Shown here: positions 56,932 to 64,000 of the stretch, one piece after another | Layout: the number at the start of each line of letters is the position of its first letter | Numbering within the stretch: position 1 is the stretch's first letter | Assembly (NCBI GenBank): GCA_020725645.1 | Contig: DYEQ01000030.1 | Span: 2,863 to 66,862 of the forward strand | Direction: 5' to 3' | DNA from: Candidatus Fermentithermobacillaceae bacterium | Lineage (GTDB): Bacteria; Bacillota; Sulfobacillia; Fermentithermobacillales; DUSS01 | DNA: 64,000 nucleotides | Translations under genes and position numbers: made by a program | Notes under the pieces: model-generated | What the model saw: the letters and a program-made list of their open reading frames with translations, nothing else | Told to the model about the DNA's origin: nothing | The model's database searches: none

Positions 56932-57561
56932 TCAGCGGGTCGGGATTATATCCCACTGGTTCGTCGTCCCGGTGCTCGTGCTGCTCGAGCTCTGGTTGGG
57001 GCTACTCGTCGGGGTTTCGTTCTGCTGATTCACTGCCTTTATACCTACCCTGAAAAGGCCGAACGTCTGCTCCCCTTCAACCTCAAATCCCACAGGAGGA
57101 AATGCCACGTTTTCCGAAACTCCCGACACTATAATGCGAACCGTTTGGTTCGGTGCGTAAATCCCCAGCACGTCTCCATCCTTCACCCATACGGATCCGT
57201 CCTCCGGACGAAGAACCTTCAAGGGGAAACCGTTTTGAAGAATCCATACGGGCGACCTGGTCTGGCCAGCTATTTTCAGCACTACCAGCCCGTCGTAACC
57301 GGTTTCATGAGGGCCCACATAGGTGGGGAACCACACAGGCTCCCCTTCTTCAAGAGCGGGAAACCCTTCTTCCAGTGGGATGCCCTCCAAGCGAACGGCG
57401 GGAGAAAGGGCGCGTCTTAAGTACTCGAAGCGCAAGAGTCCCTGAGCGACGCCCAGGACACACAAGGATAGAACCAGAATGCGAAAAAGCCACCTGTCAA
57501 AGGCCATGTCGCCGTCGCTCTTTGTACACCGGGCACCATTTCGTTTATCCGTTTTCCCCAC
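56932..57561 (-). CDS. Hypothetical membrane-anchored or secreted protein with a Ser/Thr-rich C-terminal tail.
   Basis: An N-terminal hydrophobic anchor (WLFRILVLSLCVLGV), a beta-rich domain, and a C-terminus reading SSPNQSSSSTSTGTTNQ. The likely start is the internal Met, MAFDRW. Confidence 0.45.
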   Translation of the reverse strand: MGKTDKRNGARCTKSDGDMAFDRWLFRILVLSLCVLGVAQGLLRFEYLRRALSPAVRLEGIPLEEGFPALEEGEPVWFPTYVGPHETGYDGLVVLKIAGQTRSPVWILQNGFPLKVLRPEDGSVWVKDGDVLGIYAPNQTVRIIVSGVSENVAFPPVGFEVEGEQTFGLFRVGIKAVNQQNETPTSSPNQSSSSTSTGTTNQWDIIPTR

Positions 57562-58031
57562 GTCAGCTCACCACTTTTTTCGGGTACGCGTCCACCTGTG
57601 CCGGGGCTTTACCGGCCTGGCCGCTGTTAGCTTCACCGTGCGCCGCCGAAATCTGGCCGCACCCCCGCTTATCCACCCTACAGTCGCCGAACCCCGAAAA
57701 CGTCAGTTCACGGTGATTTGCGCGCTGATCTGCGTATCTGTATCATCTCTATAATTGCCCGGAACAGGTAATGACAACGCGTATTGCAGCATGAAGCCCT
57801 CTTTTACCTGGGTTGACGTTCCGTGCGGATCAGATCTTTGATTAGTAGTTTGACCCATGTCCCCTGGCTTTGCCGGCCAATTCGGCCTGGTTGCGAAGGA
57901 GGCCATCCGTTGTTACGACCGTGCCCTGAAGATCGACCCTCAGTTCACCGATGCTTTGGAAAACAAGAGGCTTCTGTCCGGCCTGCGTTGAATGGATCAC
58001 CGGTTAACTACCTCGGCCGGGGTGAACGAAC

Positions 58032-58811
58032 ATGCTGACGGTAATAGATCTCAACAGCGACGTCGGAGAGAGTTTCGGAAGATGGCGTTCGGGCGATGAG
58101 GAAATCCTCCCCTTCGTCACGTCTGTGAACGTAGCTTGCGGAATGCACGCGGGAGATCCTGTCCATATGGATGAGATCGTGGGGAAGGCTTGTGACCTGA
58201 ATCTCGCCATCGGGGCCCATCCCGGATTTCCGGACCTGCAGGGGTTCGGACGCAGGGAAATGACGCTCTCTCCCAGGGAAATCGAAACGTACGTCTTGTA
58301 CCAGGTCTCAGCGTTGAGTGGTTTTGCACTCTCCCACGGAAGCCACCTCACCCACGTAAAACCCCACGGCGCGCTGTACAATATGGCGGTGATAGATGAC
58401 AAAATCGCTCGGGCCATCGCCCTGGGGGTCGCGAGAGCTGGTGAACACCTCGTATTAGTGGGGCTTCCGGGGTCGTGCTTGCTCCAAGCGGCAGACGTCC
58501 TGGGTCTACCGGCTGCGGCCGAAGCTTTCGCGGACCGCGCTTACAATTCCGACGGCACACTGGTAAAACGAGGGCTGCCGGGTTCGATCATAGAAGATCC
58601 GGACGAAGCAGCCAAAAGAGCTCTCGACATCGCTCTGCGGGGCACGATAAAGAGCATCGACGGGAAAGAAATTCCGATCCCAGCGAGGACAATATGCGTG
58701 CACGGCGATACGCCGGGCGCGGTCGAGATGGGAAGGACGATACGACGGAGATTGGAAAGCGCAGGCGTCATACTCCGGTCTCTTAAAGAGCTGGCCGGAC
58801 TGCGGAAATGA
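58032..58811 (+). CDS. pxpA: 5-oxoprolinase subunit A (LamB/YcsF family).
   Basis: MLTVIDLNSDVGESFG ... NVACGMHAGDP ... HVKPHGALYN are LamB/YcsF signatures. Confidence 0.85.
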   Translation: MLTVIDLNSDVGESFGRWRSGDEEILPFVTSVNVACGMHAGDPVHMDEIVGKACDLNLAIGAHPGFPDLQGFGRREMTLSPREIETYVLYQVSALSGFALSHGSHLTHVKPHGALYNMAVIDDKIARAIALGVARAGEHLVLVGLPGSCLLQAADVLGLPAAAEAFADRAYNSDGTLVKRGLPGSIIEDPDEAAKRALDIALRGTIKSIDGKEIPIPARTICVHGDTPGAVEMGRTIRRRLESAGVILRSLKELAGLRK

Positions 58812-58878
58812 GGGGCAAATCTTCGCAGATCCCATCTTCGCCCGGGGACTCGCCCCTTCGGACACGGAGGAATACGGA

Positions 58879-60780
58879 ATGACCTGGAAAGCTTTCGCAG
58901 AAGACGCTCCGCTAAGAGAATACCTCCTGGGTGACAGGACGATTGTCCTGGAGCTCGCCGAAGAGATTTCGGTCGAGGCGACCATCCGGGTAACCGCTTT
59001 CGCCGAAACGTTTCAAACTGTTGCAAATGGCACCCCCGGTATCGAAGAAGTCCAGCCTACCTACACGGGCGTCGCCGTTCATTTCGACCCGCGTCTCGTC
59101 TCACCCTCGTATCTCCGGGGGCTGCTGCATAAAGCTCTGGAACTTCTAGGTCGAGATGCCGGCGAAACTCTCCGGGACCGGCAGCTGCAGACGAAAGAGC
59201 AGCCCGTCATGGAGGTCCCGGTGCTCTACGGAGGCGACACCGGACCGGACCTTTTGGATTCGGCCCTGAAGCTCGGACTGAGCCCCGAGGAGCTCATCCG
59301 CCGTCACTCGGGTCGGGAGTATCTGGTGCACATGATCGGCTTCACACCTGGATTCCCGTATCTGGGGACTCTCGATCCATCAATATCGTTGCCGCGCCTG
59401 GAGACACCCAGGACCAGCGTGCCGCGGGGTTCCGTCGGGATAGCTCGGGAGCAGACGGGGATTTACTCCATTCCAGCTCCCGGCGGTTGGCGGATAATAG
59501 GCAGAACGCCGTTAAGGGTTTTTTCGCCCGACCGGAACAAACCGTTTTTGTTCGAACCGGGTATGCGGGTGAAGTTCCGGCCCATAACCAGCGAGGAGTT
59601 CGCCCGCCTTGCAGAGCAAGACCGGGGGCAAGTTCGGGAGGACGACCGCCGGCACGATCGCGAGCATGAACCGGAAGAAGGACGGGAACAGAATGGGTGG
59701 CGAGCACGGGACCGAACGGGGAATACGGTTCTTTCCCAACCGACCGGGCAACGGAACATTCCCGCGGAAAACGCCGTGCCCGCGTTGGTGGTCCGGTCAC
59801 CGGGCTTTTTCTCGACCGTTCAGGACCTCGGGCGGAGGGGCTTCAGAAGGTACGGCGTTCCCCTTTCGGGCGCAGCGGATCCCGTATCCCTGATCCGCGG
59901 AAACCTTCTGGTGGGAACCCCCCCTGGAGCAGCGGGGATCGAAATGACCTATTCCGGAGGAGCGTTCTTGGCCTTGCTCGACGTTCCCGTGGCCGTAACC
60001 GGAGCACCCGCCGAGGTGACCATAGACGGACACCCGGTGGACATGTGGAGGCCTGTCGTCCTGCGGAAATCCTCGGTCCTGGAGATAGGAGCTTTATCTA
60101 AAGGAGCGAGAACTTACCTCACCGTGGCCGGAGGTATCCAGACTCCTATCTCCCTCGGGAGCAGGTCAACGTATGTCCGGGCGTCCCTGGGCGGTATCCA
60201 CGGCCGGCCGCTCCGGGAAGGCGATATCCTGGAGGCCGGTCCTCACCCCGCCCTACCATGGCTTGATTCTAAGGATATCGACTACGCAGCTCTCTTCCCC
60301 AGTGCAGGCGAAGAAGTCTGGGTGAGGGTCATTCCCGGTCCAGAACCCGTGGTTCCCGCAACCGGCCAAACTATAGCTGGGGGACCTCCGACACCAAACT
60401 TACGAGGTGATGGACTGAAAACTCTATCAGCCCGCACCCGGCCGGGCGGAGAGATCCTCAAAAAGCTCACATCTTCCAGCTACCGCGTGAGCTCGACTTC
60501 CGACAGAATGGGCTTGAGGCTGGAAGGTCCAGCGCTGGTCAGCGGGAAAACGGACATAATCTCGGGCGCAGTGGTACCCGGAGTCGTCCAGGTGGGCTCC
60601 GACGGTCTCCCCATGGTACCCCTGGCCGATGGGCAGACCACCGGAGGATACTGGAGAATAGCTTCGGTGATTTCGGCGGACCTGGCTATGCTCGGTCAAG
60701 TCCGGCCCGGGACCGTCGTGCGGTTCCGCGTGGTAGACTACGACATCGCGCTCCAGTCGCTCTCCCAGCTTCCTCTCTAG
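58879..60780 (+). CDS. pxpBC: Fused 5-oxoprolinase subunits B and C (a KipI-KipA / allophanate-hydrolase-subunit-1/2 fusion).
   Basis: The N-terminal roughly 230 aa are KipI-like. A charged low-complexity linker rich in R, D and E follows. The C-terminal roughly 330 aa are KipA-like, beginning VRSPGFFSTVQDLGRRGFRRYGVPLSGAAD. Confidence 0.8.
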   Translation: MTWKAFAEDAPLREYLLGDRTIVLELAEEISVEATIRVTAFAETFQTVANGTPGIEEVQPTYTGVAVHFDPRLVSPSYLRGLLHKALELLGRDAGETLRDRQLQTKEQPVMEVPVLYGGDTGPDLLDSALKLGLSPEELIRRHSGREYLVHMIGFTPGFPYLGTLDPSISLPRLETPRTSVPRGSVGIAREQTGIYSIPAPGGWRIIGRTPLRVFSPDRNKPFLFEPGMRVKFRPITSEEFARLAEQDRGQVREDDRRHDREHEPEEGREQNGWRARDRTGNTVLSQPTGQRNIPAENAVPALVVRSPGFFSTVQDLGRRGFRRYGVPLSGAADPVSLIRGNLLVGTPPGAAGIEMTYSGGAFLALLDVPVAVTGAPAEVTIDGHPVDMWRPVVLRKSSVLEIGALSKGARTYLTVAGGIQTPISLGSRSTYVRASLGGIHGRPLREGDILEAGPHPALPWLDSKDIDYAALFPSAGEEVWVRVIPGPEPVVPATGQTIAGGPPTPNLRGDGLKTLSARTRPGGEILKKLTSSSYRVSSTSDRMGLRLEGPALVSGKTDIISGAVVPGVVQVGSDGLPMVPLADGQTTGGYWRIASVISADLAMLGQVRPGTVVRFRVVDYDIALQSLSQLPL

Positions 60781-61574
60781 GCGGGCCTTAACGGAACCAC
60801 CTGCGGCCATCCCCCCTCCGGGTGAGGAAAGACGTAGCACTCGGCGCCGTAAACCTCCCGAATGGTTTCCGCGGTGACGGTTTCTCCGGGAGAACCGCTC
60901 TTGTGAACCCGCCCGTCGCGGACGAAGTAGAGGACGGAAGCGAATCTCGCAGCCAGGTTCAGGTCGTGAAGGATGACGACCACTGCGGCATTTTGGTCGC
61001 GGGCCCTGCGGGCCAGCACCTCCATGACCCACATCTCGTAGGCCATATCCAGATGAGCTGTGGGCTCGTCGATGAGAAGAATGGACGTCTCCTGACAAAG
61101 AGCACGCGCCAGGTATACCCTTTGCCGTTCGCCAGAGCTCAAGTCCGTGATGGGCCTTTGCGCCAGGTCGTCCAGGTGGAGGAGGTTCATGGCGCGTCGT
61201 GCGGCGGCGACGTCGTCCGGACCCTCTTTACGCAAAGCTCCGGTGTGAGGAAACCGCCCGAGGAGCACCGTTTCCTCAACGGTAAAACCGAAAACCGGCT
61301 CGAGCTCGGCCCCCATATAGGTGAGGAGCTTCCCCCGTTCCCGAGGGCTCATCGCGGCGACATCCCGGCCCAGGACCCGCGATGAGCCCTTTCCGGGCCT
61401 CAGGAAACCCGAAACGATCTTCAAAAGGGTGGATTTGCCCGCGCCGTTCGGCCCCACTATCGCAGTGACTTCCCCGGCTCCTGCGGAAAACGTCACGTCC
61501 TGGATGACCCAGCGGCGTCCGTAAGAAAACCAGACGCCCTCCAGCTGCACGATACCTTCGCTTGTGTCTTTCAT
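60777..61574 (-). CDS. Iron-siderophore/cobalamin-type ABC transporter ATP-binding protein (FepC/BtuD-like).
   Basis: GPNGAGKSTLLK, LSSGERQRVYLARAL and LLIDEPTAHLD are present. It overlaps pxpBC convergently by 4 nt. Confidence 0.85.
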   Translation of the reverse strand: MKDTSEGIVQLEGVWFSYGRRWVIQDVTFSAGAGEVTAIVGPNGAGKSTLLKIVSGFLRPGKGSSRVLGRDVAAMSPRERGKLLTYMGAELEPVFGFTVEETVLLGRFPHTGALRKEGPDDVAAARRAMNLLHLDDLAQRPITDLSSGERQRVYLARALCQETSILLIDEPTAHLDMAYEMWVMEVLARRARDQNAAVVVILHDLNLAARFASVLYFVRDGRVHKSGSPGETVTAETIREVYGAECYVFPHPEGGWPQVVPLRPA

Positions 61575-61728
61575 TTCCAGATCGTCCCTCGTTGCTCGAA
61601 TGCGCCGACCGGCAGCCTTTACGGCTACGGCGAGGATTGTTCCCCGGTCACCCTCGTCGAACGTTCAGCCCGACTTTTGCGCCCTAAAAGCGACTCGACT
61701 TGTCGGAAGACCGAATCCTCGCTCACCT

Positions 61729-62790
61729 TCAACTCTCCGCTCCCCGCCCGCGTTTCCTTTGCTGGAACAATAGGTACAAAAAGAAAGGCGCCCCTCCCAT
61801 CGCGGTGATCACTCCTACCGGAATTTCCGCGGGGGGAACCAGCGTCCTGGCCAGGAGGTCCGACAACACGAGCAGGCAAGCTCCCGCCAATCCTGAGCAG
61901 GGAACCAGCCAGCGGTGGGCCGGGCCCATAACGAGCCGCACCGCGTGGGGTACGACGAGGCCCACGAAACCGATGGGACCCGTAAAAGCTACAGCTTGCG
62001 CCGTCAGCAGCGAAGCGATGAAAAGCGCAAGGCGCTTGGATTTTTCGACGTCAAGACCAAGGTGAAACGCCGCTTCTTCGCCGAAGGCGAGGGCGTCCAG
62101 AGGGCGCGATAGCAACCATGTAAGACTCCCCAGGACCAGAACGTAGGGTAGGGAAACCCGGACCGAATTCCAAGAGGATCTGGACAGTCCCCCCATCGTC
62201 CAGAACACGATCTCTTCCGTCCTTTGCCGGAACAGCACCATTATCAAAGCTACCCCCGACGAGATCATGCTTGACAGCGCGATTCCGGAAAGAAGCAGGG
62301 TCAAAAGTTCCGTCCTTCCGTGCCAGGTGGCCAGCGAGTAGACCAGCGCCATCGCACAGAACGCGCCGAGAAAGGCGGGGAGCGGGAGAGCCCACGCTCC
62401 AAGAGCTCTCCCGGCTCCGAACACGATGCCGGTCACTGCGCCTAAAGATGCGCCCGAGGACACGCCCAGGATATACGGGTCGGCCATGGGGTTCCTGAAG
62501 AGCCCCTGCATTACAGCACCGGCCATTCCAAGGGAGAACCCTACCAACGAGCCCATGAGAACCCTGGGAAGCCTCAGCCGCCACAGGATTTCCCACCGGA
62601 CCTGGCTCTGAGGGTCTCCCGAAACCGGCCCTTTGAAAAGGAGAGCCAGGACTTCCCCGGGACGAACCGGGACGGCCCCCAGCCCGACCCCGAGGAGAAT
62701 CGCAGCTGACAGGCAGGCCACGAGACCCGCCGTCACCCAAGCTTTCTTGATGGCACCCGTGGCCTTTCCCCCGGAAAGCGCCCCGGTCAT
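61729..62790 (-). CDS. FecCD-family ABC permease (BtuC/FepD-like).
   Basis: A 9-10-TM FecCD fold sitting between the substrate-binding protein and the ATPase. Confidence 0.85.
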   Translation of the reverse strand: MTGALSGGKATGAIKKAWVTAGLVACLSAAILLGVGLGAVPVRPGEVLALLFKGPVSGDPQSQVRWEILWRLRLPRVLMGSLVGFSLGMAGAVMQGLFRNPMADPYILGVSSGASLGAVTGIVFGAGRALGAWALPLPAFLGAFCAMALVYSLATWHGRTELLTLLLSGIALSSMISSGVALIMVLFRQRTEEIVFWTMGGLSRSSWNSVRVSLPYVLVLGSLTWLLSRPLDALAFGEEAAFHLGLDVEKSKRLALFIASLLTAQAVAFTGPIGFVGLVVPHAVRLVMGPAHRWLVPCSGLAGACLLVLSDLLARTLVPPAEIPVGVITAMGGAPFFLYLLFQQRKRGRGAES

Positions 62791-63740
62791 TTGCCACCCG
62801 CAGCCTCCGGGTAGAGCGCCCTGGCCACTATCTCTATGGCCTTCACGATCTCAGGCCCGGGCCGGGAAACCAGGTCGGGATCGATGAAAAACACCTTGCC
62901 GTCCTTCACCGCTTGCAGCGATGACCATCCGGTTCTGGATTCCAAAAGGTGATACGACTCTTTCGGAAAGGCCACCAGGATGGCATCGGGTGAGCGCTCG
63001 AGCAAAGTCTCCATGCTCACCTGAAGATACGGCTGGGCCGCGTCGGCCACCACATTTACCGCCCCCGCCCGGATTATTACGTCGTGCACGAAAGATCCCG
63101 GCCCTACGGTCCACAGGTCGGGATCGATGGCGACGAAGACCGAAGCTTTCTTGCCGCCGGACGGTACAACTTTGGACGTTATCTCGTTCAGAGAGGACTT
63201 CATGGAGTCGACGAGCCGCCGGGCTTCCCTGGACTTGCCCGTGACCTCCCCCACTCTTTCGATCAGAGAAAACACATCATCAACCGTAGCCGGGCTTGAA
63301 ACGAACACCGGGTAACCAAGTTTTTCGATCTCCTTCACATAAGCTGATTCGGTTGTCCCGGTCACGAACACCAGGTCCGGCTTGAGGGCTACGATCTTCT
63401 CACGGTTTAGGTTAAAGGCATCGCCCACCTTCTCTTTGCCTCTGGCTTCTTCGGGCTTATTGCAGAAGTTCGTAACCCCTACCACTCTGTCGCCGAGGCC
63501 GAGCGCAAACAGGATCTCCGTGTAGGCCGGGGCCAGCGAGATTATCCGCTTGGGAGTCGAAGACAGGGTCAACGTGCGACCCGCCATATCCTGGAACGTT
63601 TTCGGACCCCCACAACCCGAAAGAGCTATCGTGGACAGCGAAAGCTCCAGGAGTAAGGCCAGTACCACAAACAAACTCGCAGCTCGACCCGGTCTTATGC
63701 GGGGTCGCGCGGAGCTTCCAGACGAAAGATTCCGTATCAT
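62787..63740 (-). CDS. ABC substrate-binding lipoprotein of the cluster A-2 (BtuF/FhuD/FepB) type.
   Basis: The LSGC lipobox is present, and ISLAPAYTEILFALGLGDRVVGVT is typical of PF01497 periplasmic binding proteins. Confidence 0.8.
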   Translation of the reverse strand: MIRNLSSGSSARPRIRPGRAASLFVVLALLLELSLSTIALSGCGGPKTFQDMAGRTLTLSSTPKRIISLAPAYTEILFALGLGDRVVGVTNFCNKPEEARGKEKVGDAFNLNREKIVALKPDLVFVTGTTESAYVKEIEKLGYPVFVSSPATVDDVFSLIERVGEVTGKSREARRLVDSMKSSLNEITSKVVPSGGKKASVFVAIDPDLWTVGPGSFVHDVIIRAGAVNVVADAAQPYLQVSMETLLERSPDAILVAFPKESYHLLESRTGWSSLQAVKDGKVFFIDPDLVSRPGPEIVKAIEIVARALYPEAAGGK

Positions 63741-63916
63741 GTTTTCTACATCTCCTTTGATGGTGTCTCCTTTGATCCTCTTTTCCTCGAACTCACCCGC
63801 AGCTCGCCCCGGCAGCTCAAACCCACCGGTTGCGTGTTATCGCGGCCGAGGTCCACTCGAATTCGCCGGCAGCTTACTACGGGGGCTCAGACTAAACCGT
63901 TGATCATGGTCCCAGC

Positions 63917-63944
63917 ATAAAAAAGCCCCGGCGAAGTGCCGGGG
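63917..63944 (-). terminator. Intrinsic terminator on the minus strand, ending a gene that lies beyond the window edge.
   Basis: On the minus strand the stem reads CCCCGGC-acuuc-GCCGGGG and is followed by CUUUUUUAU. It lies 175 nt upstream of the substrate-binding-protein start. Confidence 0.6.
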
Positions 63945-64000
63945 TGTACCTGTCCGTCACAAGCCAACCCCCCTTTCGCTCGAAGGTAAGCCAGCTGGTC

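Noticed and set aside
1-64000. A CRISPR array to accompany the Cas6-like gene.
   Set aside because: All intergenic stretches longer than 150 nt were read. None shows 25-40-nt direct repeats with regular spacers. The repeat arrays found have 6-16-nt units.

Overview
This looks like a high-GC (about 60%) chromosomal segment from a spore-forming Firmicute of the Clostridia type. The evidence is spoIVA, spoIIP and a YIEGIA-family gene, the cmk-plsC-ispH/rpsA fusion arrangement, and a T-box leader. Reading left to right, the main contents are:

- a T-box leader (specifier probably UAC, Tyr) in front of a short NhaC-family transporter;
- an amidohydrolase-2 gene, a metallophosphoesterase, and glnS with an overlapping SAM-dependent methyltransferase;
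- a sensory [FeFe]-hydrogenase module (thioredoxin-like 2Fe-2S protein, HydS-type hydrogenase with a PAS domain, PP2C phosphatase), convergent with a catalytic [FeFe] hydrogenase HydA and a partner that fuses a NuoF C-terminal domain to a GltD-like oxidoreductase;
- mntH, a YcaQ-like gene fragment, truD and mntR;
- a candidate cobalamin-riboswitch-like element ahead of a two-domain GNAT-like gene;
- a livKHMGF-type branched-chain amino-acid ABC operon.

The accessory stretch at 25.8-35.6 kb holds most of the unusual features:

- a GNAT gene followed by a C-terminally truncated radical SAM gene with an N-terminal RiPP-recognition (PqqD-like) domain;
- a minus-strand operon of class II aldolase, ABC ATPase, 12-TM ABC-2 exporter permease and a DUF2207-like membrane protein whose tail is a Cys/Ala hexanucleotide-repeat stretch;
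- a ZIP zinc transporter;
- a Cas6-family gene with no CRISPR array or other cas genes in the window.

The right half holds:

- a sugar-type locus (SorC regulator, PTS mannose-family IIB and fused IIC-IID, DhnA/LacD-family aldolase, tungsten-type aldehyde:ferredoxin oxidoreductase, Zn-dependent alcohol dehydrogenase);
- a sporulation/housekeeping block (spoIVA, gpsA, plsY, der, DUF512, DUF3189-like, YIEGIA, spoIIP, ispH-rpsA fusion, plsC, cmk);
- pxpA and a fused pxpBC;
- a siderophore/cobalamin-type ABC importer.

No rRNA, tRNA, CRISPR array or obvious transposase was seen.

Several short periodic repeat arrays sit in promoter regions. The clearest is five 16-nt-spaced copies of GGGTAACTTTCAA upstream of spoIVA.
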